NCBI GenBank assembly: GCA_951406725.2
Contig: OX597831.1
Span: forward strand, 25,916,001 to 25,980,000
Source: Octopus vulgaris
Taxonomy: Eukaryota
DNA: 64,000 nt
Reading direction: 5' to 3'
The position numbers and the translations under genes are program-made. Below, piece after piece: positions 53,145 to 64,000 of the stretch; within the stretch, counting starts at the first letter, position 1, and the number at the start of each line of letters is the position of its first letter. The notes beneath the pieces are model-generated. The model was given only the letters and a program-made list of their open reading frames with translations. It had not been told where the DNA came from and did not search any database.

Positions 53145-53565
53145 CAGGCTCTACCAGAGTAATAGTTAATAGTATAGAAAAGTTAATAGTAATAGTTAAT
53201 AGTATAGAAAAGCTCCATCAGAGCTAGTAATAGTACAGAGATGAAAATGTTTCATCAGAGCCAGTTGTAATATTCAACAGCTTTAAATAGGCTCCTCAAG
53301 AGTTTGGTATAACAGCCAATAGCATATAGATGGATAGGCTACAATGGAACTCATTGTAATAGTCACTGACATCAAGCTCCATCAGAGTAAGCTGTGATTA
53401 TCAATAGCACAAAGATAAATAAGCTCAACTACAATATTACCTGGTAGACTCTTTCCATCTTTTTGCTATTGTGTATTGTATTACAACTGGCTCTGTTGGA
53501 ACCTATGTCTCTCCATTTTACTAACTATTATAGCATAGAAGTAGACAGGCTCCACCAGATCTTGT
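53145..53565. repeat. Decayed ~45-bp minisatellite with one inverted unit
   Basis: Recurring GCTCCATCAGAG...GTAATAG..AATAGCA units; perfect 25-bp direct repeat at 53158/53188; reversed unit at ~53455-53515. Confidence 0.6.
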
Positions 53566-54889
53566 TAGACTTCAATGTTTTCTGATAGCTTAAAGAGTAG
53601 TTCAGGCTATTTTCCTTTTCCTAAAAATGAAATACAAATTATAGTGAAACTAACATATTTATATACTTTGCTCTGAGAAAGCAAATCATTTAACAACATT
53701 GTAATCGCTCTCTCCCCATTTTCTTTCTCTCCTTATATATATATATATATATTCATATATATAAGGGAAATATAGGCTATACGTGCTGAATTACTTCTAA
53801 AACCTGGGGCATTAAAACCTTCAATTACTCTCTCCATCATCGCAATACTTATATGTAATGAAAGCTCCATTTACAATACTGTCTACTTGGCACAGTATTT
53901 GTAGTTAACAGTCTACACTGTTTGTTGAATGAGGAAATAAAACATCATAATCATTATTGTCAACACCTGTTTTTCAACATTGTCTTGGATTGTACACATC
54001 TACATTGCCACATTCTGGCACCTCTCCAAGCATGCATTTTCCTTGGTTCACTTGTAACGATATAGTTTGAAGTTCTCTCTTCTGGACTTGTTACCCCTCC
54101 TTTCGCTGAATTATCCATTGACAAAGACGATAGAGACAGACAGACAATCTGACAAACAGACAAGTGTGGGCATAGAAATAAAACAAAATAGATTGTGACG
54201 TAAATACATAGTATGGAATATCTAAATGATAATAAAGGCAACTATTTACATTATAACTTACTACATCGCAAAATAGTTCTGAGTGTTAGTTTTATCATGT
54301 ATGAAACTTATAATTAAATGAATTTTCTATCTTTATGGAAATACTATAATTTTGCTTGTATGGTCAAATCTATTGGTAAATGTTGTTGATGGTTCATGCC
54401 ATTGGGATTGTAGTAGCAGAAAAGCATGAAGAATACAAGAATATCAAAAATATTGGAATACTCAAGATAAAAGAAGTTTATTAAGTAAATAATGCTTAAA
54501 AATAAGCATATTTCTATTAGATATATACACATATATAAATATGAATGCACGTACACAGATTACCAATGCAGATGCTAGTTAAGGGGGAAGATAATTTTAT
54601 TGAATAAACAGCGTGCTTATGCATTTACAGATATCCAATATTGAATATTTATAGACATGTATTGTTTGTATGTTTACTATTAAATATTCATAAACAATAA
54701 AAATTTATCTACATTTTTAATTTCAACAATACATCTCTTTATTGATAAACAGCATGAGATGAATCTTAAATACCATTGAAGAAAAAGAAGCTTAATGATA
54801 AATTCTCTAAGGAAATATCTCTATATAGATAAGAAATGTGCATGCATGTGGTTCGGCATACGTTTAAATATGTATTCACTGCTCCTCAC

Positions 54890-55150
54890 ATGCATATATA
54901 TGTGTGTGTAAACACATACACACTAATAAGTGTATGTGTGAGTGTGCATGTATATATAATTATATGCATATGTATATATATGTATGTGTATATAAACATA
55001 CGTATATATGTACATACATATATATGTATATTTATGCATACACATATATATGTATATATAAATATGCATACACATGTATAGATATATATATATATGTATA
55101 CATATGTATATAATGTATATGTATATATATGTATGTATATATGTATATAT

Positions 55151-55193
<43 letters not shown>

Positions 55194-55385
55194 CTTACAT
55201 ACATATATACATATACATATATACACATTTATGTATATCTATATACATATATGTATATATATGTATATATATGTAGATATATATATATATATACATATGC
55301 ATACATACAATCATTGATTAGCATCTCTTCCATGCTAATATATATACACATATATATATATATACAATTATACATATACACGCAC
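54890..55385. repeat. Long degenerate (TA/TG/CA)n microsatellite
   Basis: Direct reading. Confidence 0.95.
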
Positions 55386-56043
55386 TCATACTTTTTTCTT
55401 TGTGCATTCGTTTGTGTGCACACACATTTATCTGTGATTGTGCACATGTATACTAATGATGTGGGCAACATTTTTGTGCAAGTCTATCAGTTATCCACGC
55501 ATGCAAACCTCAATTCTGCATGTGAATAGTGCTGTTTTAAAGGAAAAGCTAGTCTTAAAGGCCAATACAACTTGGCACCAGTGTCATTGTAGTTGTTGTC
55601 ATCAGAACACATAGGAGAAGTAAAGTTATTGCAAGGCATCCCATCTGACACGCTGACAGTTCCATCAATTCATCATCACCTTAGATTGCTACTTTTCTGT
55701 CAACCTTGAGAGAATGGAAGGCAAAACCGCCCTCATCATAAGAGATCCGTTAAAATTTCCCTGCAAAAAAATCACTTTATTATTTTAAAAGGATCACTTT
55801 GGATTATGTGGTCCCGGGGTTTCCTGCACATGGTGTAAAGTACGTGGCAAAAATGCTTTTCATTATGGACAGACTCAATTAAAGTTGACCTGAAGTGAAG
55901 CAACAACAAAATATTGGACACAAGACAATATCTGCCACAGCTCGCATGGCAGTGAGCCAGTGTGTCATGACGTAGTAGCAAGAACCAGTGGATGAGATTA
56001 TGTATATAAGTTTGCTCATATTTATATATACGCCTATATTTAT

Positions 56044-56662
56044 AGGTGTAGGAGTGGCTGTGGGGTAAGTAGCTTGCTTCCCAACCACATGGTTCCGGGT
56101 TCAGTCCCACTGCGTGGCACCTTAGGCAAGTGTCTTCTACTGTAGCCTTGGGCCGACCAAAGCCTTGTGAATGGATTTGGTAGACAGAAACTGAGAGAAG
56201 CCTGTCATATATATGTATATATATATACCCTTTATAGGCATAGGAGTGGCTGTGTGGTAAGTAGCTTGCTTCCCAACCACATGGTTCCAGGTTCAGTCCC
56301 ACTATGTGGCACCTTGGACAAGTGTCTTCCACTATAGCCTCGGGCTGACCAAAGCCTTGTGAGTGGCTTTGGTAGACAGAAACTGAAAGAAGCCCGTCGT
56401 GTATATGTATATGTATATATGTATGTATGTGTGTGTGTATATGTTTGTGTGTCTGTGTTTGTCCCCTCCCCCCAACATCACTTGACAACCGATGCCGGTG
56501 TGTTTACATCCCCGTAACTTAGCGGTTCGGCAAAAGAGACCGACAGAATAAGCACTAGGCTTACAAAGAATAAGTCCTGGGATCGATTTGCTCGACTAAA
56601 GGCGGTGCTCCAGCATGGCCACTGACAAATGACGGAAACAAGTAAAAGAGAAAGAGAAAGAG
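56044..56662 (+). mobile_element. SINE A with a duplicated 5' half (56044-56225 plus full copy 56236-56662)
   Basis: Two tRNA heads, each preceded by TTTAT, and a single tail. Confidence 0.88.
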
Positions 56663-57168
56663 ATGCAATCACTCACAACCAAACATGCGCACGTCCACAC
56701 GCATGCACACAGTCATACATACACAGACACACACTTGTTATTCCTTGAACAGTAGTCTTTGTTGACGATTTTTAATTGCTTTATTGATTATTTTATCTAT
56801 AACTAACTAATTAATAAATTCGACCTGTATCCTTACATGTTATTTTTATTACCTCTTTAATATATGTGCAAAAACACCAGGTTTTGGTAGTTTGTCAAAT
56901 TGTACTTTAGTTATTCTTGCATAAATATGCATTTACACCCACACATAACAGACACACACATACATACATACATACAAACACACACAGACATATTCACACA
57001 CACACATACACACATATATATATATATATGTATACATACATATATATATATATATTTATATTTATTTTATAGAAGGAGCTTCTACAGGAAAATTAATTTA
57101 CTCTGCTATGTATTGAGTACCTTATTTACTGTGGTTAACCCCGACTCAACCCGGGACCTACATATATA

Positions 57169-57212
<44 letters not shown>

Positions 57213-57264
57213 TTGAATAATGAGTGAGACAGAAGATGGAAGATAGGAAAATGTTTATTAGTCA

Positions 57265-57421
57265 AGAGTGGCTGTGTGGTAAGTAGCTTGCTTACCAACC
57301 ACATGGTTCTGGGTTCAGTCCTACTGCGTGGCACCTTGGGCAAGTGTCTTCTACTATAGCCTCAGGCCAACCAACGCCTTGTGAGTGGATTTGGTAGACA
57401 GAAACTGAAAGAAGCCCGTCG

Positions 57422-57452
<31 letters not shown>

Positions 57453-57650
57453 TTGTCTCCCCCAATATCGCTTGACAACCGATGCTGGTCTGTTTACGTC
57501 CCCGTAATTTAGCGGTTCAGCAAATCAGACCGATAGAATAAGTACTAGGCTTACAAAGAATAAGTCCTGGGGTCGATTCATTCCACTAAAGGCGGTACTC
57601 CAGCATGGCCACAGTCAAATGACTGAAACAAATAAAAGAAAGGAAAGAAA
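57265..57650 (+). mobile_element. SINE family A
   Basis: Near full-length match. Confidence 0.9.
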
Positions 57651-57985
57651 GAAAAGTCACTACAATTGTGTATGTATGTTAGCTTTTGCCGTCTGGGTTT
57701 GTATTCCCCCTCATCCTGACATTTGCAAATTGACTGTAAACAAAATACGTTGCCATTCATACAAAGCATCATTTACTTGCAGTCCTCCATGGAAGCATGT
57801 TTGGGTTGTTTGTTGTTCCTTAGAATGGGGATTATTTATTTGCTTGGAAACAGGTGAAGGTTATCACCACAAAGAGTTACAATGTTAGAAAATTCCGCTT
57901 CATAAAATAGTGTGTTGTCTCTCCTGTGTTAAAATGGTGATGATGATGATGGTGAAATGGACATATATAAGAAAAAATACATGCC

Positions 57986-58203
57986 TGTTTCTTTACTACC
58001 CACAAGGGGCTAAACACAGAGAGGACAAACAAGAACAGATAAACTGATTAAGTCGATTATATCGACCCCAGTGTGTAACTGGTACTTATTTAATCGACCC
58101 CAAAAGGATGAAAGGCAAAGTCGACCTTGGCGGAATTTGAACTCAGAACGTAACAACAGACGAAATACGGCTACGCATTTCGCCCGGCATGCTAATGTTT
58201 CTG
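57986..58203 (-). mobile_element. SINE family B, young subfamily
   Basis: Reverse complement of the young B sequence, flanked by GAAAAAATACAT(G/A)CC (57971; 58208, repeated at 58227). Confidence 0.88.
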
Positions 58204-58403
58204 TATTGAAAAAATACATACCATATTGAAAAAATACATACCATATAACTATTCGCGGTGCATGAACAGTTTTCCAGCTATAACAGCAGTAGTAACTGTT
58301 TTTCAGCCCTGCCATATTCATTTGCAAATGATGCAGAGGTTGATGCAGCTCAGAGAGTGTAAATTCTATACGAGTCATGCCAAATTATCTGGCTGTTGAC
58401 TGG

Positions 58404-58630
58404 TTTAACCCTTTTAGCATTCAAATTACTCCATCAAATGTAATGCTTATCTATTCACTTTGCTTTGAATTAATCATTTATTATCTGGTAGCTCCAAGAT
58501 TTTGACGATGTGATTTATCACTTTTAGAATGACTTTGTAAGGTAAGTGTGAAAGGTTGAATCCGGTCACTTTGATCATAAAACACAAAGAGTATTTGGGC
58601 TGGGATTTGACATTTTAAATGCTATAGGAT
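58404..58630. mobile_element. Decayed TTAA-type MITE (relatives at ~22230-22390 and ~33110-33247)
   Basis: TTAACCCTTTTAGCATT start; shared internal TTTTAGAATG.C.TTGTA.G.TA.GTGTGA and TAAATGCTA end. Confidence 0.55.
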
Positions 58631-59392
58631 AGCTATCTTCTATATTATGTGTCAAATTGTGGAGGCCTCTTGTGTAGTAAATAAATATATGTTCTAATAC
58701 AGTGAGCATGTTCAATCTCATTTGCACATATATAGGATTATGTATGTGATTTGGAATTTGTTTAAACAGCACATATTTTATGCATTGCCTTTATGCTTGC
58801 TTTCATGCATATGTCATGCATACACACATGCACAAGCAGTATATATCAGTACATGCATGCATTCACACATGTACACATCCACATGCATAACTGTAGATCA
58901 TCTACACATGCATTAGACCTATATACATACACCTCTACATATACACGTTTATTCATATACATATACATATACACATATAGACACGTGCACATATATACAC
59001 ACAAATACATTCATGTACTTAAAAGACTGTGGGAAAGAATTTATCATCAAGTAGAAAATACTAGTAAGGTCCAGACCATACATGCAAGGAAACAAACCAT
59101 GTTATATTTACGCAGCTTTGAAGTACCTCATACACTGGAATACAAAATTTAAATTGCATGCATTTTTCCTTACAAAATTGAACAAACAAGAAAAATTTAA
59201 AGGTACTTTTGTCAGAACCATTTCTGGTTATAACCTATAATTTTTTTAGGTCATTCAGTTTTTCTCATCTGATCAATAGACCCATTGAGTAAACCTATCA
59301 GTAACATACCTATAATGACTACTGGAAACAGCTGTAAGCCAAGTTTGCCCTAATAAAGGAAAAATATTTAATGACCATTATTTATGCCTTGT

Positions 59393-59431
<39 letters not shown>

Positions 59432-59432
<1 letters not shown>

Positions 59433-59623
59433 AAATTAAGAGGAATGACCACTAAAGTGGACAACGTATATGCTAAACATAGACGTCAAATCGTCATTAC
59501 CATGAAGAATGTGTTCTTGAGAACACATTATTTCTTGAGAACACATTCTTCGTGGTAATGACGATTTGACGTCTATGTTTAGCATATAGGGTGTCCACTT
59601 TAGTGGTCATTCCTCTTAATTTT
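59432..59623. repeat. Near-perfect long inverted repeat (86-bp arms, 20-nt spacer)
   Basis: 59432-59517 is the reverse complement of 59538-59623 with 3 mismatches. Confidence 0.97.
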
Positions 59624-59769
59624 CTATGTAACACAATTTTTAATCGTCAGATTAAATATGCTAAGCCACTGATTTTAATTGATTAATATCAATTTCTACT
59701 CTTATTATTTAATTATATATATATAAAATATATATACACACACAATCACATACATACACTACTCTGCCA

Positions 59770-59925
59770 CACACACACAATGGGCTTCTTTCAGTTTCTC
59801 TCTATCAAATCCACTCACAAGGCTTTGGTCAGCTCAGGGTTATAGCATTGTCCAAGGTGCCATGCAATGGTATTGAACCCAGAGGAATGGGAAGCAAACC
59901 TCTTACCACACTGCAATGTTTGTAC
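59770..59925 (-). mobile_element. Decayed 5' half of SINE A
   Basis: GGGCTTCTTTCAGTTTC...AAATCCACTCACAAGGCTTTGGTC...CTTACCACAC. Confidence 0.75.
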
Positions 59926-59970
59926 CTGTATGTATGTGTGTATGTGTGAAAGCACAAATGGCATTTATAA

Positions 59971-60056
59971 TTTATGACAGCTGTTTTGGTAGAACTTTAT
60001 TTAATACAGTCTTAAAAGATTATATCATAATATAGGACGCACCATCTTCAGGTAAA
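59971..60056 (-). ncRNA. Degenerate minimal type-I hammerhead ribozyme motif (Penelope-type)
   Basis: Reverse complement TTTAC-CTGAAGA-TGGT...ACC-AAAA-CAGCTG-TC-ATAAA; the catalytic GAAA has become AAAA. Confidence 0.6.
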
Positions 60057-60128
60057 ACTTTTGAAGGTAAGAGCAAGATTTTAAGCATCAACCAAGACAT
60101 AACCAACATTAGCTGGGCTGTTTAAAAG

Positions 60129-60218
60129 TTTACTTGATGATAGCATGTTGTATATTATGAGGTAATCTTTTATAACTTCAGTAAATAAATAAAATTTTAC
60201 CGAAACAGCTGTCGTAAA
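60129..60218 (+). ncRNA. Degenerate minimal type-I hammerhead ribozyme motif (Penelope-type)
   Basis: TTTAC-TTGATGA-TAGC...ACC-GAAA-CAGCTG-TC-GTAAA: stem I TTTAC/GTAAA, palindromic stem III loop AGCT, GTC cleavage triplet; CTGATGA has become TTGATGA. Confidence 0.65.
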
Positions 60219-60386
60219 TTTTAAACGTCATTTGTTTACTTTATATACCCACACCACACCAAGGATCCACCCTTGAGTTTGATCTGTAGTTTAAATTGGA
60301 TTTGATACTTGCATAAATATGGTATCCTACCAACTCTTGATGTATTCAATGTTGTTTATTTCACTGGGAGCTCTATGTTATCATAC

Positions 60387-60548
60387 CAGGCGTGGTCCCA
60401 GGAATTTTTTGAAGGGAGGGCACAAAGTCAGAAGGAAATATAATTCCAAGAGAAAAGGGTGTAATAACATTATTTAGAAGGATGAGTGTCTTTTCTTGAG
60501 GTGGGGGGGCATGTGCCCCTCAGCCCACTCACCTTGGGTCCGTTCCTG
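60387..60548. mobile_element. Possible short MITE
   Basis: CAGGCGTGGTCCCAGG...CCTTGGGTCCGTTCCTG imperfect terminal inverted repeats; internal GGGGGCATGTGCCCC hairpin. Confidence 0.4.
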
Positions 60549-60602
60549 ATACCTAGCCATTTCTGGCATCATACAAGTAGATGTGCTTCGATTCTTATAG
60601 TC

Positions 60603-60799
60603 TTTAACTTGTTTCAGTCAATTGACCGTGGCCATGCTGGAGCACCGCCTTTAGTCGAGCAAATCGACGCCAGGACTTATTCTTTGTAAGCCTAGTACTT
60701 ACTCTTTGGCCGAACCACTAAGTTACAGAGACGTAAACATGCCAGCATCGGTTGTCAAGCGATGTTGGTGGGGGAGGACAAACACAGACACACAAGCAT

Positions 60800-60832
<33 letters not shown>

Positions 60833-61010
60833 TATGTACATATATACGACGGGCTTCTTTCAGTTTCTGTCTACCAAATCCACTCACAAGGCTTTGGTCA
60901 GCCCGAGGCTATAGTAGAAGACACTTGCCCAAGGTGCCACGCAATGGGACTGAACCCAGAACCATGTGGTTGGTAAGCAAGCTACTTACCACACAGCCAC
61001 TCCCACGCCT
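60603..61010 (-). mobile_element. SINE family A
   Basis: Near full-length match. Confidence 0.9.
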
Positions 61011-61912
61011 TATGTTACTTATAAATCCATATTACAAAATAGTTTATGTGCATGTGTATTTATATTTACATATAAAATAGATGCATCTGAATATGAATTT
61101 ATTTATTAATTGGTTATTTCTTCAATATATAATTTGAAAGAATATCCAGTTAATATAGAAATGTTTATTTTGTAATTTGCAATCTAGCAGTGAGTTTTGT
61201 TTTCCCTAATATTACCCTTATTCCAGTTGAATGAAAAATTTGTATGCATATGCCTGTTAGTGTGTGTGTGCAGGTGTATGTAAATATATATATAGAGATA
61301 GGTAGATGTCAAAAGACTGTATGAATGTATGTATGCATGCATGTGTGTATATGTATGTAAACACTCACATGCACAGACTTATGTACATATTCATGCACAC
61401 TGGTTCATAAATCATTAATATTAAATTCTAATTGAATGAACAAATTTGCAAAAGTTTTGAAATTCATCTGTGTAATAAAAGTGAGAAATTTTTGACATAA
61501 ATTGGAGAAGAAAAAAAAAACAAATATAAAAGTCAAAATGCTAATATTTTCATTTCTTTTTAAAATATGAGTATCATAGGCGTTTCTAAAAGTGAGCATA
61601 TAGTTCAAACAACCAAAAAAACAACAACAGAAAAAAGAGAAACAAAGTAAAGAAAATTATCAAAATTTCTCTTTCAACCAATATTCAGAACCCCATTAAA
61701 ATTATGAATAACAAATTATGTTATGCCATTCAATAAAACATTAGGTAGGTTAAAACAGAGAAGCTTGTTTATGATAAACAAAAATGTTTAAATTAGCTGG
61801 AGTGGAAAGTGTGAAATGATGGAAATGTTTTAATTTAAAAACTAGTTATTCAGATATAAATTGTGCAACGTTAGTTTTTTAGTTTTTTTTTTTTTCTTTA
61901 ATTTTTCTAAAG

Positions 61913-61932
61913 GAAAATTAGAAAACACCCTG
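61913..61932 (+). CDS. Candidate 20-nt microexon GAAAATTAGAAAACACCCTG
   Basis: Long polypyrimidine tract ending CTAAAG| and consensus donor CTG|GTAAGT, inside a ~2-kb TE-free block. Confidence 0.4.
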
Positions 61933-63152
61933 GTAAGTCAAAAATGCAAACCTCTATAAAAGCTGTTACGAAACCTTCAAGGCGATATCCATTCTTACTT
62001 TCAATGGAAATTATTTGATTGTATGTGATTAAAATCATTTCATAATTTATTAATGAAGATTAATCTTTTCATTAACTCACAATTTCGTAAATCACAGATG
62101 AGAGATAGATCTTTTTTGGAACAAGATATTTTATTACTTAGAATTTTGAGAGATTAGAATTTGTAAATTTTGATGTTTCACTTAGACTAAAATTCAAATA
62201 AAATTTTCCTCATTCTAGGATTGGGTTCTTGCTTTATATTTTCTTACTCACAAAACAGTGTCTTTAAAAATATGCAAAATACTGCTAATTCAATAAAAAA
62301 GAGAAATAAAACGTAAAATTCAATTAAGACTGTAAAAACCTACATTTAGTATTCCTTAAAAATGAACTGAATATATTAATCAAAGGTTGCTAATTTCAGT
62401 CTTTGAAGAAAAAGGTAAAAATCCAGCATGTGTAAGTTTAAAAGATAACATAAAAAATTATTCTAAGAATTAAAGGGTTTTTGATATAGAATTTGTGTAA
62501 TTCTATGCAATTTTGAGTGAAGTTCTTGTAATTACGTTGGTATATGAAAATGCAAAATTCTGGAAAAATTACAATGTATTTACCATTTTATTAATATGTT
62601 CAAGGGATTTTGAATTAGCAAGCAATACAAATAATACTGTATGATCTGGAGAATTTGCATACATTATATAAATTTTGTGGGAGTAATTCTATAGTCATGT
62701 GATAGAAAATCAAATTGATTATATATTCATTTATTGGTTAATATATTGGTAAATTCTTAAGCATGCTAAACTTTTGATTTCTTTTTGCACTCATACTGCA
62801 TATGTCTTTCAACAAGGTGCACAAGTCATTACTACAAACCTGTGCATCAGTAGGCCAACCATCTTTCTATTGTCTATCAATGTGTATCAACAATGGATTC
62901 CATTATAATGACAATACTTTTGTGAAATGATCGTAAGATGCATTAATTAACAAATTTTTAAACTGTCATGTTTCATATATTTACATATATTTAATACACT
63001 ACTATTTTAGATATGTATATCTTTGTGAGGAATTTTTTTATATTAAATTTCATGCTATCATTTCAAAATACAGTATATATCGAGTTAATTATAAGTTTCA
63101 ATTTTTCTAAACTCAGTTTTGTATACACCCCACACACATATATATATATATC

Positions 63153-63548
63153 GTTGACAGAGCAGCTAACCGGCTTCCATGCCAGTGGCAAATAAAAGGC
63201 ACCATTCGAGTGTGATCATTACCAAAGTAGCTATCTGGCCTCCATGCCGGTGGCACGTAAAAGACACCATTCGAACATGATCGTTACCAGCATCACCTTA
63301 CTGGCACCTGTGCCAGTGCCATGTGTAAAAGATTCGAGCGAGGTCGTTGCCAGTGCCGCCTGACTGGCACGTAAAAGCTCCCATTACACTCTCAGAGTGG
63401 TTGGTGTTAGGAAGGGCATCCAGCTGTAGAAACTCTGCCAGATCAAGACTGGGGCCTGGTGTAGCCATCTGGTTCACCAGCCCTCAGTCAAATCGTCCAA
63501 CCCATGCTAGCATGGAAAGCGGACGTTAAATGATGATGATGATAATGA
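63153..63548 (+). mobile_element. Family C retroposon with internal repeats
   Basis: GTGGCACGTAAAAG.CACCATTCGA units, then AGGAAGGGCATCCAGCTGTAGAAAC...GGACGTTAAATGATGATGAT. Confidence 0.85.
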
Positions 63549-63596
63549 TTTATATATATATATATATGTATGAATGTATGTATGTATGTATGGAAT

Positions 63597-64000
63597 AGGC
63601 ATAGGTATGATCGTGTGGTTAAGAAGTTTGCTTCCCAACCACGTGGTTTTAGGTTCAGTCCCACAGCATGGCACCGTGGGCATCTGTCTTCTGCTATAGC
63701 CATAACCTGACCAAAGACTTGTGAATGGATTTGGTTTATGAAAACAAAAAGAAGCCCTTTACACATACATGTGTATGTGTGTGTTTACATCATGTGATAG
63801 TTGCAAACTGGCATCCCTGCCATACAAGCAGTGTCTTTCGTTTACAATCTCCCATGAAAACATATCAAGTCATGGGAAATACTACCTTGCTTGGAAACAT
63901 GAGTTTTGGTGACAGGAAAGGAATCTGATCAGAAAATCCATTTCAATGAATTCTGTCTGACCCATGTGAGCATGGAAAGGTGGTTGTTAAAACAGTGATG
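63597..64000 (+). mobile_element. Older SINE with a family A tRNA head and a family C-like tail
   Basis: AGGCATAGG...GTGGTTAAG...GGTTCAGTCCCAC head; ends GACCCATGTGAGCATGGAAAGGTGGTTGTTAAAACAGTGATG. Confidence 0.7.

Noticed and set aside
55772-56488. Longest ORF in the track (238 aa)
   Set aside because: It is the antisense read-through of two SINE A heads; the same peptide recurs at every SINE A copy.

Overview
AT-rich, repeat-dense eukaryotic DNA with no long protein-coding ORF. The tRNA-headed SINE families and the dense (TA)n/(TG)n/(AAT)n/(CAT)n microsatellites point to a cephalopod (Octopus-like) genome; this is an inference. Nearly all ORFs in the supplied track are read-through of SINEs or microsatellites. 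The window looks like a large intronic or intergenic region with a few candidate + strand exons: a 168-nt frame-preserving exon at 26731-26898, a 20-nt microexon at 61913-61932 and a possible terminal exon at 550-642. It also holds about 17 copies of one SINE family, several other SINE families, decayed LINEs (Jockey/CR1-like, RTE, possibly Penelope), deleted mariner and maT/DD37D transposons, TTAA-flanked piggyBac-type MITEs and Helitron/Helentron-like elements. The most notable observations are: (i) a U6 snRNA retrocopy joined to two SINE heads; (ii) a fold-back pair of degenerate minimal type-I hammerhead ribozymes of the Penelope kind, next to an 86-bp near-perfect palindrome; (iii) a young SINE subfamily repeatedly nested inside older copies of its own family, with a candidate partner-LINE 3' end; (iv) a 1.2-kb near-identical tandem duplication. 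Repeat boundaries were read by eye and are approximate.
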